A DNA stretch of 63,359 bases, filler included, from Chiloscyllium plagiosum (lineage: Eukaryota), in NCBI RefSeq assembly GCF_004010195.1. It is 5 parts of one record of this genome, joined end to end, with 100 filler letters (N's around TTAATTAATTAA, not from the genome) between each part and the next. Parts side by side here need not be neighbours in the genome. Positions count along the whole stretch, not along the records: positions 28,471 to 54,150 come from NC_057711.1; 4 more parts are not named here. One strand, written 5' to 3'. The translations under genes and the position numbers were made by a program. Under the pieces are notes generated by a model. It ran no database searches, was not told where the DNA came from, and saw only the letters and a program-made list of their open reading frames with translations. Positions 36,980-50,689 of the stretch are shown here, piece by piece (position 1 is the stretch's first letter; each line of letters opens with the position of its first letter).

Positions 36980-37113
36980 CTCAGATTCCTGAAGAAGGGC
37001 TCATGCCCGAAACGTCAATTCTCCTGCTCCTTGGATGCTGCCTGACCTGCTGCGCTTTTCCAGCAACATATTTTCAGCTCTGATCTCCAGCATCTGCAGT
37101 CCTCACTTTCTCC
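36980..37113 (+). mobile_element. 134-bp PLE 3'-end insertion (family A) beginning with a hammerhead motif (36985-37020)
   Basis: 14-bp TSD TCTTCTTTCATCTA at 36966-36979 and 37114-37127. Contains ATTC-CTGAAGA-aGGGC-tcat-GCCC-GAAACGTC and tail catctgcagtcctcactttctcc. Confidence 0.88.
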
Positions 37114-37721
37114 TCTTCTTTCATCTAGCCCTGAGAATTTACGCACTTTCTATGATGCTAATGCTTCTCTGTACCTTTGTGGAACACATCCAGTGCTTCA
37201 CTTTCCTCTCTCAACTGCAATGCCTGTGATTTGTCTTTTTCTGCTTTATCTTACTCTGTAAGCTCCTTGACATCCAGGACGCTCTAGTCAGACAATCTCA
37301 TTCTTTATCTTGGGGGAGCGTGTTTATCCTGAACCCTTTGAATCTCTCCTCTGATACCTCCCAATGCTCTGATACTGATTTACTTTCAGTAGCTGGTCCC
37401 AACCCATTTCTGCCAAATTACTCCTCAGCTTCATAAAATTGGCTTTTTCCTAATTTAGAGCTTTAAGCCATGTTTGTGTAATCATGCAGTCACATTTCTG
37501 TTTGTACCCATATCTCGTCCACTTTATTTGCTACTCATTGAAGTGGATGCCCTTGAGCACTGCAAAATACTTTCTCTAAGCTTTGTTTCCTTTGCCCTCC
37601 TGACTCATTCAGTAATTTTCTGCCTTCCATTTTAATTTTTGCTTTTGTCCCATCAAATCGACACATGGGTCCCCTGCCCAACTTATTAAAGCTCTCCCTG
37701 CTGTGCTGCAAGGAACTCAGA

Positions 37722-38720
37722 GAGTCGTAGAATCATAGATACGTACAGCATGGAAACAGACCCTTTGATCCAATTTGTCCATGCCGACCAGATATCCTAA
37801 CCTAATCCAGTCCCATTTTCCAGCATTTGGCCCATATCCCTCTCAAGCCTCGCTATTCATATACCCATGCAGATGCCTTTTAAATGCTGTAATTGTACCA
37901 GCCTCCACCACTTCCTTTGGCAGCTCAGTCCACCCCTATTCAGATACAATCCATCCAACCTGTACAGGTCCCATCTTCCCCAGAGCTGGCCCCAATTTAC
38001 CCAGGGACTAAAGCCCTCACTTGCTGCACCAATGTCCCAGCCATACGTTCGTCTGCCTTGTCCAGCTATTCCCGCACTCATGTGCATGCTGGACTGGATG
38101 ACTAATTTTGAAATCCTGCTTGTTAATTTTTGACCCAGCGCTGTAAATTCTGATTGCAAGGCCACATCCCTCTTCTATCCATGTTGTTTGCTCCAATGAG
38201 GAGCTGGCTGTTCACCCTGCCTCCACTGCAGCTGCTCAGTAGCATCCTTGACCTGGCATCACACTATCCCCGAGTCAAGTCTGAGGCCACAGAAACATCT
38301 ATCTGCTCCACTAACTGTCAAAGCACATGTCACTATGGCCCTTGCAGTCTTTCTTTTAACTTCCTGCTCTGTTGTGTATCCCATGGTAACATTGACTTCG
38401 CATTGGTTGCATTCCTCAGAGAAACCATCATCTCATCAGCTTACTGGTTGGTGAATAGGATGCACATAGATGACACTTGTATTACCTGACTGTTCCTCTT
38501 TAACTGCCTAGTGGTCACACATTCCCTCTGCCCCTGCAAAAGCCTAAATTGCAGTCACCACATCTATAACTGGGTTTCCTATGTAGCCCTCAGTCTTAAT
38601 GACAGATTGCAGTGACGGCAGATGCTGGTGAAATTCTGAAACTTGGAGCTGAAGCTGCTGTATCTGATGGCACTTCCTGCACAAATTGTTATTCAAGACA
38701 CATGAAGCATTTTGGAGTTT
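37722..38720 (-). mobile_element. CR1 3' end inserted into an older CR1 ORF1 remnant
   Basis: 37722-37915 is a CR1 3' end. Upstream are LYRLDGLYLN (esterase-like) and LCRKCHQIQQLQLQV (zinc finger/leucine zipper-like ORF1 start). Confidence 0.7.
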
Positions 38721-39000
38721 CCAAATTGCATACAACAAGCATTCTTGAGGTTGAACCACCCCAACATTCCTTTATTTATTCATTAACCTTGCTATGGCTT
38801 ATAGAAACAATACTTATTCCTTGTACTGATACACACTACTAAATATATAACAGTAAAAGTAAAGCCACCATAGTCCTACCGGACCATACAACTGCTCTCA
38901 TTAGAGAGAGAGAGAGAGATGGCTGCTGGTTGTTAAACCTGAGGATCACCTCACTACAGCTGAGGAGGGAGGTTGAGAAAGAGAGTCCTTCATGGTAACC

Positions 39001-39257
39001 TTTGGTCAGACCGCACTTGGAATACTGCATCCAGTTCTGGTCGCCCTATTATAAGAAAGGTGTGGATGCTTTGGAGCGGGTTCAGAGGAGGTTTACCAGG
39101 ATGCTGCCTGGACTGGAGGGCTTATCTTATAAGGAGAGGTTGACTGAGCTCGGACTTTTTTCATTGGAGAAAAGGAGGACATGAGGATCAGTGGTCGGCA
39201 TAACATCATGGGCTGAAGGGCCTGTTCTGTGCTGTACTGTTCTGTGTTCTATGTTCT
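39001..39257 (+). mobile_element. CR1 3' fragment inserted in a SINE
   Basis: [32 protein letters not shown] and a ttctatg tail. Confidence 0.85.
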
Positions 39258-39419
39258 AACCTCAGCCAATAAGGAATTGAATGCATGCTGTTGACATCAC
39301 TCTGCATTGTAAACCAGCCTTTCAGCCAACTGAGCAAATCATTTGGCATAGTCTCCTGACCATGTATCTCTTACTGACTGCATGGTTTTACAAGGCTATT
39401 TAACTCACTTGAAGGTTGT

Positions 39420-39740
39420 TTCCTCATTTCCCCTGCCCCACCTTATCCCAGATCCAACCTTCCAACTCGGCATCGCCCTCTAGAACTGTCCTACCTGTCC
39501 ATCTTGGTTCCCACCTAGCCGCTCCACCCTCCCCTCCAACCAATCAGCTTCACCCCACCTTCATCTACCTGACGCATTCCCAGCTACCTTCCCCCTAGCC
39601 CCATCCCCCTCCCAATTATCTCTCAGCCCCCTTGGGCCAGCACCTCATTCCTGATTAAGAGCTTATGCTTGAAATGTCCGCACTCCTGCTTCTTGGATGC
39701 TGCCTGACCAGCTGTGCTTTTCCAAAACCACACTCTTTGA
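39420..39740 (+). mobile_element. PLE family A 3' region, degraded
   Basis: C-rich 3' UTR, degenerate hammerhead (ctgattaagagcttatgcttgaaatgtc) and ggatgctgcctgacc. Confidence 0.7.
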
Positions 39741-39757
39741 GTTCCACACCAGAGTCT

Positions 39758-41912
39758 TAGAATCATAGCACGGAAGCAGACCCTTCGGTCCAACTTGTCC
39801 ATGCCGACCAGATATCCCATTCCAATCTAGTCCCACCTGCCAGCACTCAGCCCATATCCCTTCAAACCCTTTCTATTCATATACCCATCCAAATGCCTTT
39901 TAAATGTTGCAATTGTACCAGCCTCCACCACTTCCTCTGGCAGCTCATTCCATACATGTACCACGCTCTGCATGAAAACGTTGCCCCTTAGGTCTCTTTT
40001 ATATGTTTCCCCTCTCATCCTAAACCTATGCCCTCTAGTTCTGGACTCCCCGACCCCAGGGAAAAGACTTTGTCTATTTATCCTATCCATACCCCTCATG
40101 ATTTTGTAACCCTCTATAAGGTCACCCTTCAACCTCCGACGTTCCAGGGAAATCAGCCCCAGCCTGTTCAGCCTCTCCCTATGGCTCAAATCCTCCAACC
40201 CTGACAACATCCTTGTAAATCTTTTCTGAACCCTTTCAAGTTTCACAATATCTTTCCGATAGGAAGGAGACCAGAATTGCATGCAATATTCCAACAGTGG
40301 CCTAACCAATGTCCTGTACAGCCCCAACATGGCCTTCCAACTCCTGTACTCAATACTCTGACCAATAAAGGAAAGATACCAAACGCCTTCTTCACTATCC
40401 TGTCTACCTGCAACTCCACTTTCAAGGAGCTATGAGCCTGCACTCCAAGGTCTCTTTGTTCAGCAACACTCCCTAGAACCTTACCATTAAGTATACTAGT
40501 CCTGCTAAGATTTGCTTTCCCAAAATGCGGCAACTTGCATTTATCTGAATTAAACTCCATCTGCCACTTCTCAGCCCTCTGGCCCATCTGATCAAGATCC
40601 TGTTGTAATCTGAGGTAACCTTCTTCACTGTCCACTACACCTCCAATTTTGGTGTCATCTGAAAACTTACTAACTGTACCTCTTATGCTCACATCCAAAT
40701 CATTTATATAAATGGTGAAAAGTAGTGGACCCAGCACTGATCCTTGTGGCACTCCACTGGTCACAGGTCTCCAGTCTGAAAAACGACCCTGTACCACCAC
40801 CTTCTGTCTTCTATCTTTGAGCCAGTTCTGTATCTAAATGGCTAGTTATCCCAGTATTTTGTGAGATCTAACATTGCTCACCATATAGATCACATCTATC
40901 GCTCTGCCCTCATCAATCCTCTTTGTTACTTCTTCAAAAACTCAATCAAGTTTGTGAGACATGATTTCCCATGCACAAAGCCATGTTGACTATTCCTAAT
41001 CAGTCCTTGCCTTTCCAAATACATGTACATCCTGTCCCTCAGGATTCCATCCAACAACTTGCCCACCACTGACATCAGGCTCACTGCTCTATAGTTCCCT
41101 GACCTGTCCTTACCACCGTGGTTAAACAGTGGCACCACGTTAGCCAACCTCCAGTCTTCCGGCACCTCACCTGTGACTATCGATGATACAATTATGTCAG
41201 TAAGAGGTCCAGCAATCACTTCCCTAGCTTCACATAGAGTTCTAGGGTACACCTGATCAGGTCCTGGGGATTTATCCACTTTTACGTGTTTCACGACATC
41301 CAGCACTTCCTCCTCTGTAATATGGACATTTTTCAAGATGTCACAATCTATTTCCCTAAATTTTATATCTTCCATATCCTTTTCCACAGTAAATACTGAT
41401 GCAAAATACTCTTTTAATATCTCCCCCATTTTTTGTGGCTCTGCACAAATGCCACCTTGCTGATCTTTGAGGGGCCCAAATTCCTCTTCATCTAAACCCT
41501 TAACACTATGGCAGTCCCAGTCTATATTTGGAATGTTAAATTCCCCCACCATAACCACCCTATTATTCTTACAGATAACTGAGATTTCCTTACAAATTTA
41601 TTTCTCAATTTCCCTCTGACTATGAGGGGCTCTATAATACAATCCCAATAAGGTGATCATCCCTTTCCTATTTCTCAATTCCAGCCAAATAACTTCCCTG
41701 GATGTATTTACAGGAATATACTCCCTCAGTACACCTGATATCCCTTATCAAGAACACCACTCCCCCTCCTCTCTTGCCTCCCTTTCTATTCTTGCCTCCC
41801 TTTCTATCCTTCCTGTAGCATTTGTAACCCAGAAGATTAGCTGCCAGTCCTGTCAATCCCTGAGCCATGTTTACGTAATTGCTATGATATCCCAGTCCCA
41901 TGTTTCTAACCA
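39758..41912 (-). mobile_element. CR1 LINE ORF2 (APE-RT) with internal deletions
   Basis: ORFs 40926-41558, 40243-40800 and 39827-40330 give [52 protein letters not shown] and FSDDTK. Confidence 0.93.
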
Positions 41913-42097
41913 TGCACACACACAGACGCAGACACACACAGACACACAGGCACAAACACAGACACACACCCTGACACACACACGCACACATACAGACACA
42001 CACACACATGTACACACACAGACACACACGCACACACACATACACACGGACACACACACAGACACACACGTACACATGGACACACACACAGACACAC
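41913..42097. repeat. Degenerate (CA)n microsatellite
   Basis: About 185 bp of CA repeats interrupted by GA, CG and TA. Confidence 0.9.
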
Positions 42098-44956
42098 CTC
42101 GCTCATATCTATATGTAAACTCAAAAATTACTTATTACATCTTGCCACATAAATCAACTTCCAAATTCCATACTTTGCCTCACTTCTATCTACAAGCTTC
42201 TTACTGAGCATACAATTTGAAAAGGAGTTTGGCCAGGACTAATCCATCAACAAGCATAAAAAAAATGGTCCGGTCAATGTTATATTACTGATTGAGCAAG
42301 CTCGTTGTACATTAATTGGTTGCCAAGTTTCCTACACTATAATAATGACTGCAATTCAAAAAATGACTCAGTGGCTGTAAAGCACTTGAAGACATCCTAT
42401 GGTTGTGTAAAGTGCTACGTCAGTGAAGGTCTTTCACTTCTGATTGATACATATTAAAGAGGGAATCTTTTCTGTACGTGTGCAGTAGATAGAATCAGTT
42501 ATTGAGGGATTAAAGCATGGTTTATTTATTGCATATAGACTTCAGACAGTTACCCTAAATACTTGCTGTCTGTTCAGAGAAGACAGATGCTAAACATGGT
42601 CAAATAAATTGAAATCTTGAAAGAGTTTTTTGTAATTCAATGTCTCCAGATGTGATCAAAGTCTGAACAATTCACCAGGCAATTCATTTGAATTTGGCTG
42701 CTGCTATGGATAGGTGATTCATTAAGAATGATAGCAAAACATTATTAATAGCATGCTTAAGTTATAATTTGAAACCTCAACTTTACACTTTGATTATTAA
42801 TGAGATAACAATGCTTTATGTAAAACTGGGAGCACAGTTTGAACTCCAGTGATTTTTAAGGGCATTTCAATTATTTGTGGGGAGTAAATGATACTGTGGA
42901 GATGTCATGATATAAACCAGGCATTTCTCTGTTTGCTTGGTTTGGTCTGGCTCTTTTCAAAATATAAATTTCTCCAATCCCTAAATAGCAAAAAAAATCC
43001 CATGAACAAAACAGTCACTGTGAAAACATTTCACTGACTCAGCGACTGGTAAGGTGAAATGTGACTTGTGGCAAATATATGTTGGGTCTTCAAACAACTG
43101 TCATGATGATGGTGTGGCCACCCTGGGCTATATGGAAACTGGAGGAAAATCAAGAATTCCTAGTGAATCTGTTTCAAAATTATTCTCAACCTAGTGCCCG
43201 CTTGTCCTTCTGAAAAGGCCTGTCATACTGTAAAGATTTATTGCAATTGGAACAATTCAGAGTTCCATTTCCATTTCATCCGTGAAAGTACATTCATTGC
43301 CACTGGCTTTGCTGTCTCTGGCTCCTTTCGACTCAAGATTTTTTTTCCTTGTTTAACATAACAGAAACTCCATTCATTCCAGACTTTCTGATGGATGCCT
43401 GACCTCCAGACACCTGTATTGCCCAACCTACTGCACACATTCTTATTGACCCCATCCCCTCACTTCCCAACAGCAAGATGGGTCAGCGTTTCAACTCAGC
43501 TCTGGCTATTGCTTTTGTCCTTATATGACCTTATGGAATCTGAGCACCACAATGACCACTTCCAGCATCTAACTCTGTCCTACCCCATTTTTAAACCTGC
43601 ACGCTATTCCAGTAGTATAATCAGGCAGGAATCTGGAAGATCAACGCCAACTGTATTATAGTTACAGAGGAAAGTTTTGCATCTCATCGATCTGCAGAGT
43701 TCAACTTAAGATGTGGTTTGAGGTCACATCTTGAATTGGCTCCATTCACCTCAAGTAGCCTTGATTCAGAGACATAAACATCCACCAGCAGTGAACATCC
43801 AGATTAGGATTGCGAAGAGTGAAGATCTTAACAGTTAATGGACCCTGTTGGTGCCTTTAAAATGAGGTGAATTCTCTGTGGATCAATAATGATTGGGCAT
43901 TGACCATTCCACATTTTCCTGCTGGTCTGTACAGTATATGTTTCACTAATCCACTGATTTGGACTGTCACTGCTACAACTTGCCATTGTAGTATTTAACT
44001 GGAATCCAGCACTCAATGAAAGATCTGGCAGAGCCTTCTTTTAGGGATAACACTTGGAAGCTATAAATCTTTAGGTACGTATCACTAAATCATTTTTGAC
44101 ATGCAAGCATTTCTGCTGTTTATTGTTTTCAGCTGTCTTGTCCATTTGCCACTTCCATCCTGCAGTAGTAGACAGACTCAAGGGGTTGTGTGGCCTTGTC
44201 CTGTTCTGATGAATCAAAAGCCTGCAGGCTCACTGAAGCCCAGCCATCACAGTTCTCAGGGCAGACTTCAAAAATAAACATGACTTTTAAAAGGATTGCA
44301 TTTCTGTGAATTTTGGCGATATCCAGAAACATGCAACTTAAGACTAAATTATGTATATTAGAAGACCTTCAATCTGACAGATGAATGACACTAACTTCCA
44401 CCTTAAATCTTCTCAAACATTCCAGGGCACCTGTCCAGGAACCAGGTTATCAAAAAATAGTTTTACTCTAAGCCACTGAAGAATACCAAAAATTTGTTCA
44501 AATGAGATTTTCAGGAGTGCATGACTGTACAGGAAAGATCATGTAGAGAGGAGACCAGGATTAGGGAATGGAATTCCAGAGCTTGGAGGCCAGGCAGCTG
44601 AAGGGCTGGACACCAGGAGGGATATGATAAAAATGTGGGATACTCTAAAGGTTAGAACTTGATGCACAGATCCCAGAAGGCTGTGGGGCTGCCCAGAAAC
44701 TAGGCAGAAAAGGATGAGCAGTGAGGCCCTGGAGAGATTTGAAAGGAAGGATGAGAATTTAATAATTGCTGCTTTGCCAGAAAAGGAGCCATTATATCTC
44801 ATCTGCTCATGATTTATGAGTTTGGAAACAGGATTTCAAACATCAGTCTTCACTTAACTAGAATGTATCCTTCTTACAATATTCATGTAATAGGGAAAAT
44901 GCTTGAATTTATTTTTGAGTTTGCAGCAGGACACTGAGAAAATCTCTGTGCAGTCA

Positions 44957-46543
44957 AAGTTAAAAATCACACAACACCAGGTTATAGACCAACAGGTTTA
45001 TTTGGAAGCACTAGCTTTCAGAGCACTGCTCCTTCATCGGATGATTGTAGAGGTTAAGATCATGCTCACAGAATTTATAGCCAAAGGAGTCCAGTGTCAT
45101 GGAGGTGTGATACAGTTAACAATCTTAGATTAAAAGTGTTATCTTTTGTAATGGGATATGCTGGTTTCTGTTCTTTGATATGTAAATCCCAGAACTACTT
45201 TTAAATTACATTAAATTACAGTGTGAAGTCTGTCTGTGTCTCAACGCTACGTCAGACTGACAAACCCTGTATGTAGTTTTACAGAGTTTTACAAGGATTC
45301 ATGCAGTTTTTGAGCAAAGTAAAATTTAATTCTGCAAAAACAAATTCACTCCATAAGGTTATATGTGTGCACATATAGGAGCGACAGATTGAGTGTGCAT
45401 GTAGGTATGTGCGTGTGAGTGTGAGTGCAAGTGATAGGGTGTGTGTGATTATATGTTTGTGAGTGTGCTGGGGTAAGTGTGAAATGATGCCTAATACTCT
45501 CTCAAACCCTTGCATAACACTATTACATGTGGGGACACCTCCCACCATGTACACGGCAAGTACTCATGTGACTCAGCCAATATGGTCTGTCTTATGCGCT
45601 GCAGGCAAGGATGCCCTGAGTCATGGTACATTGGCGAGACCAAGCAGATGCTACAACAACGGATGAATGGATACCGCACAACAATCACCAGGCAGGAGTG
45701 TTCCCTCCCAGTCGGAGAACATTTCAGCGGCCAGGGACATTCGACCTCAGACCTTCGGGTGACCATCCTCCAAGGCATACTTCAGGACAGGCAACAAAGC
45801 AGAATGGCCGAGCAGAGGCTGTTAGCCAAGTTTGGTACCCATGGGGATGGCCTCAACCAGAACCTTGGGTTCATGTCACACTATAGGTGACCCCACTGCA
45901 CCCACTCTCCCCCCCGCCCCAAAACACACACACACATTCCTACATACTTACACAAACGCAGACTATCCCTCACACACAAGATCTATGTCATATGCACATA
46001 CATACACACCCCGCGCTCACACCAACACATGCACCCTCTCACACATACTCCATCACACTCATACACACACTTAACCAAGCTTACACACTCTATCATGTGC
46101 ACTCACACCCACATCCACACTCAATCTGTCGCTCCTACAATCACACACATATAAGGTTATGGGGTGAATTGGTTTTTGCAGAGTTAAATTTTATTTTGCT
46201 CAAAAACTGTATGAATCTATGTAAAACTCTATAAAACTATACAGTGGGTTTGTAAATCTGACATAGCATTGGGACACAGACAAACTTCACATCTATTGTT
46301 TAAAAAGCTGAGCTACCTTGAGAATGTAACTTAAAAGAAGTTCTGGGATTTACATATCAAAGAACAGAAACCAGCATATCCCATTATAAAAGATGAAAAT
46401 TTCAATCTAAGATTGTATACTGTATCACATCTCTGTGACACTGGACCCCTTTGGCTGTAAATTATGTGAGCATGCTCTTAACCTCCACAACCACCTGATG
46501 AAGGAGTGGCACTCCAAAACAGTCCAACACCAACTCCTCCAAG
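44957..46543 (+). mobile_element. 5'-truncated PLE (family B) with GIY-YIG ORF end and an inverted copy of its 3' region
   Basis: 12-bp TSD TCTGTGCAGTCA at 44945-44956 and 46544-46555. The left arm (about 44957-45420) is the reverse complement of about 46100-46520. Confidence 0.9.
45510..45890 (+). pseudogene. PLE GIY-YIG endonuclease domain (5'-truncated ORF)
   Basis: YSCDSANMVCLMRCRQGCPESWYIGETKQMLQQRMNGYR...VGEHF...R.AEQRLLAKFGT...GLN, which is the PLE-type GIY-YIG layout. Confidence 0.9.
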
Positions 46544-48349
46544 TCTGTGCAGTCAGGCAGAGTCAAACGATAACAAGTAATATAGATAGAAAGGAAAGTG
46601 TGGCTGCAATGAACTTGGATTTCCAGAAGGCATTAGACAAGATGCCACATCAAAAGTGCCTATCCAAATTTAAAATTGGTAGTGTTGGGAATAACATATT
46701 GGCATGGAGAAAGGATTAATTAACTAACAGGAAATTGGGAGTAGTTATAATTTAGTCATCTTGGGTTGGCAAGATATATCAAACAAAGTGCCACAGGGAT
46801 CAGTGCCAGGAGCTGAAATATTTCCAACTTACAACATTCAGAACCTTCTATCTTTGTTTTGTATATGAAAAAAAAAATAGGCCATTCAGCCCTTCAAGCC
46901 TGCTCCACTATTCAATAAGACTAATTTTAACCGCAACTCTACATTCCTGCAGACCCGCTATCATCTCTCATCCACTTGGTGTTCACGAATCTATCTACCT
47001 CTGCCGTAAAAATATGTAAAGATTCTGTACCCGCTTCCATTTGAGGAAGGGAACACCAAAGACTCTCAACCCTCTCAGAGAAAAAAAGACTTCCTCATCT
47101 TTACGTTAAATGGGCAATCCCTTACTTTTAAACTATGAACCCAAGTTCTAGATTGTCTCATAAGAGGAAACATTCTTTTGACACCCACCCATTCAAGTCC
47201 CCTTAGGATCTTATATGCTTCATAAGAACACAGAAATAGGAACAGGATTAGGTTGTTTGGCCCCATTAGTTTGTCTAATATTACTTCTTAAGTGATGGTA
47301 CTTAATTCCTCCCCCATATTATTTGCGGTTAACAAAAACAGAAATTGCTGGTCGAGCAGTATCTGTGGAGAGAAAGCAGCATTAATGTTTCGGCTCAACA
47401 GACCCTTCCTCAGAACAGTTCTGAGCTTTACCAGCAATTTCTGTTTGTGTTTCTGATTTACAGCATCCGCCATTCTTTTCTTTTTTTTTTGGTTAGATGG
47501 TTATGATGATAGATTCAAAATTGGGAAGGTGGGAGAATGGACAAACACTGGCATGGACTAGATGGGCTGAGTGGACTGTTTCTGTAGCTTATGTCCTCTG
47601 TAGTCCTATATGCTGTAATTTTAATTTGAAGTAGCCCTAGATATTAACATTTCATATACCCTTAACAATAATTTGCTTCACTTAAATCACCACAGACATT
47701 TCCTTTCTAAGTTTCCTCAGTGTCTTTCTCATTAGGGTATTGAGGGAGTTAGGTAGAGTGGAAAAGCAGAGTTGGAGCAAAAGGTCAGACATCATATTAT
47801 GAACAGTGGAGCAGGTTTGATGGACAAACTGGCCTACCCATGCTCCTATATTTTACATTTTGACTTAGGCTATTAGATTCATGGACTAACATCACAACCA
47901 ATTTCTATAATGCCATCAATACTTGAATATCTGACAATTAACTTGGCAGCAGAGTGCAATAGAATTGAGGTCTGATAAGAGTGGTTTAATATAAGGGTTC
48001 TGCCTTCTCTGTTTTATTTTCTGCACCACAAGAGAGAGCTGTCAAAATGGAACTTTGGCTCCACATTTCAGAAAGAGCTCATTTGGAATCTCAGAAATAA
48101 AGAACTCTCTGGTTTCAAAGAAAAGAAGGGATTCTCTGATTTAAATGGAGAGTTTTGAAGTTTCCAAGTGCAGATGAATTGCCCAGTGGAATTATCAATT
48201 TACCATGCAATTCCTTCTTAATCGGCTTTAAAGAGTATTCCTCATGGTCCCCTGTTGCACCTCCCATCTAATACTAGACTAATGGCTGTTTGGCCAATAA
48301 AAAATCCAGGCCATAGTTGTATAAGGTAATGACGCCATTTCCTCATTCC

Positions 48350-48648
48350 CCACAGTGGCCCAGTGGTTAGTACTGCTACCTCACAGCACCAGGGACCTAG
48401 GTTCAATTCCTGTCTTGGACGACTGTCTGTGTGGAGTTTGCACATTCTCCTTGTGTCAGTGTGGATTTCCTCCCACAATCCAAAGATATGCAGGCCACAT
48501 AAATTGGCCATGCTAAATTACCCATAGTGTTAGGTGCATTAGTTGGGGTAAATACAGGGGAATGGGGCTGGGTGGGTTACTCTTCAGAGGTGTGGACTTG
48601 TTGGGCCAAATGGCCTGTGTCCACACTGTACGGAATCTAACCTAATCA
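48350..48648 (+). mobile_element. HE1/V-SINE
   Basis: gtggcccagtggttag head, ggttcaattcc B-box, V-domain and tail. Confidence 0.85.
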
Positions 48649-48970
48649 TAACCAATTCCCCAGATTCATTTTCAAAAAAAGAAAAAAAATATAAGGTAAT
48701 GACTCTGAAAGGGTTTGTGTCTAAGTTGCATTAAGTTCAACCCAGACTGATGATGCCACATGGAAAAAGACAATCCGGTGTAAGATCCCAGTGGAGACAC
48801 ACGCATCATCTCTGACTCCTGATAGTATTTAGCAATTAACTGGTTCATGAGATTACTATCTTATGGAAAATCCAGACAATTGTTTAAAAAGATTGCTGAG
48901 TACTACATTCTCATGCAGGTTTCTATTCTCTAAAAACAAATGGAATATGTTTGAGTTTTCTGCCTTCTTT

Positions 48971-49442
48971 TTGGAGATAGAGAGGACTGCAGATTCTGGA
49001 AAGTCAGAGTCAATATAATGTGAAGCTGGAAAAAGCACAACTGATCAAGCAGCATCAGAAGAGCAGGATGGCCATAATTGTCAGAAGCTGGTGGACCCAA
49101 TGTAGACCTCACCAGCTTCCAAATATCCCCATGCCCCTACATCATCCCAGATCCATCCCTCCCTCTCCACTCCACCCCCTTGACCTGACCTACCTGTCCA
49201 TCTCCCTTCCCACCTATCCACTCCACCCTTCCCACTGACCAATCTTAATCAGCTCCTACCTGCATCCACTTATCACCATCACACCTACCTTTCTACCAGC
49301 CCCACCCCTTTCCCTCTATTTATTTCTCAGCTTCCTTTCCCCTCCCCAGTCCTGATGAAGGGTGCTGCCTGAAATGTTGACTCTCCTGCTCCTCGGATGC
49401 CACTTGAGCTGCTGTGCTTTTTCTAGCTCCACATTTTATTGG
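48971..49442. mobile_element. PLE family A insertion with inversion
   Basis: TSD TTCTGCCTTCTTT at 48958-48970 and 49443-49455. Decayed hammerhead at about 49348-49383. Confidence 0.75.
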
Positions 49443-49644
49443 TTCTGCCTTCTTTACTCCTTGGCATCTCAGCCTTTGGAATGAATTTACCACCCAATTT
49501 GCATTTATTCCTGTTATATAAATTGTTACAGTCATTTGAATTTTGTCATTCTTACATTTATGTCAATGGCGAGTTTGGAGAAGATTTGTAGCTCAGGTTG
49601 AGGTTCTGGATGTAAGTTTGCTTGCTGAGTTGGAAGGTTCATTT

Positions 49645-49684
49645 TCAGATGTTTCGTCACCAGACTAGGTAACATCTTCAGTGA
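49645..49684 (-). ncRNA. Hammerhead motif of a third family (C), within a probable PLE end (about 49575-49710)
   Basis: Minus strand: TCA-CTGAAGA-t-GTTACC-tagtct-GGTGAC-GAA-ACAT-C-TGA. It has a 6-bp stem II with one G:U pair; ACAT is probably CpG-decayed ACGT. Confidence 0.6.
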
Positions 49685-49943
49685 CCCTCTGGTGAAGCGC
49701 TGGTGTTATGGACATAAGTAGAAAGTGGGCCATAACAAGTCCATCAAGACATTGCTGCACAGCTGAATCATATTGCTCGGCTTTGAAGAAATACATAGAA
49801 TCTGTGATGAAGCTGTATTTCTCCTCTTTTGGGGATGTACATTTCTAAAAAAATATTTTCCTCACTGGAATATGTTAGAGGGTTTTGCAAGGTGATACCG
49901 TAGGAGCTTTGGTGAATTGCTGCAGTGTATCTTGTAGATAATG

Positions 49944-50032
49944 ATGTGGACGTGCCAGTGTTGGACTAGGGTGGGCAAAGTTAAAAATCACACAACATGG
50001 ACTATAACCTGGTGTTGTGTGATTTTTTAACT
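49944..50032. mobile_element. 89-bp PLE family B mini-insertion
   Basis: 12-bp TSD TTGTAGATAATG at 49932-49943 and 50033-50044, with the inversion gttaaaaatcacacaaca / tgttgtgtgattttttaac. Confidence 0.8.
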
Positions 50033-50689
50033 TTGTAGATAATGCACATTGCTACCATCATGCATTTGTGAAAGAAGGAATGAATGTTTAATGTGATGGT
50101 AGTGTGTTATGAATCACCTGAAGTCTAAGTTATGAAAGCAACATATGTTTTCCATGCATGTTGTAGCTTGAACCTATGGATTTCCATCACATGACAGATC
50201 ATGAATCTCTCCTGCTCAAAATGCTTGCTATTGGTTTGTATTGAAGCAATTTGCAGGTTGATACTCAACTCATAATGGCCTCATTCCTTGGCCCCCGAGG
50301 TGGGTCTTGAACCTGGAGCTTATGGGTCAAAGTCAAGCATAGTAGCCATTCAAAGCCCTCCCATTTAAGGTGATAGATACATTGTTAATCAACTGGTCTG
50401 CTTTGTCCAGGATGGTGTTGAGATTCTAGAGTGTTGTTAGAATTGCACCCATCCAGGCAAATGCAGAGTCTTCCAACATATTCAGCCTCTGTACAGGCTT
50501 TGGGGAGTGAGAAGTCAGGTATTCACCACATTCTGAACAGGTCAATGTAGCATCAGCATCCTCTGATCAGCAGAGACATGAACAATGTAGAACAGACACC
50601 AGAAATCTCAATAAAAACTGTAATGTACTTTTACAAGTCGCTTTTATATTGTGACTTGTAAAAGTACATTGCTGGAACTGTAATGTTCC

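Noticed and set aside
41653..42207. Long His/Thr-rich and Cys/Val-rich ORFs
   Set aside because: They are translations of a (CA)n microsatellite next to CR1 sequence.
44133..44210. Good splice acceptor (tattgttttcag|ct) as a candidate next SVEP1 exon
   Set aside because: The phase-1 frame reads AVLSICHFHPAVVDRLKGLCGLVLF then stops, with no similarity to the expected CPxGTYK segment.
46502..46515. GGAGT/ACTCC as a compensatory change in hammerhead stem II
   Set aside because: Both changes are explained by CpG deamination (CG>TG and CG>CA), so they are not counted as covariation evidence.
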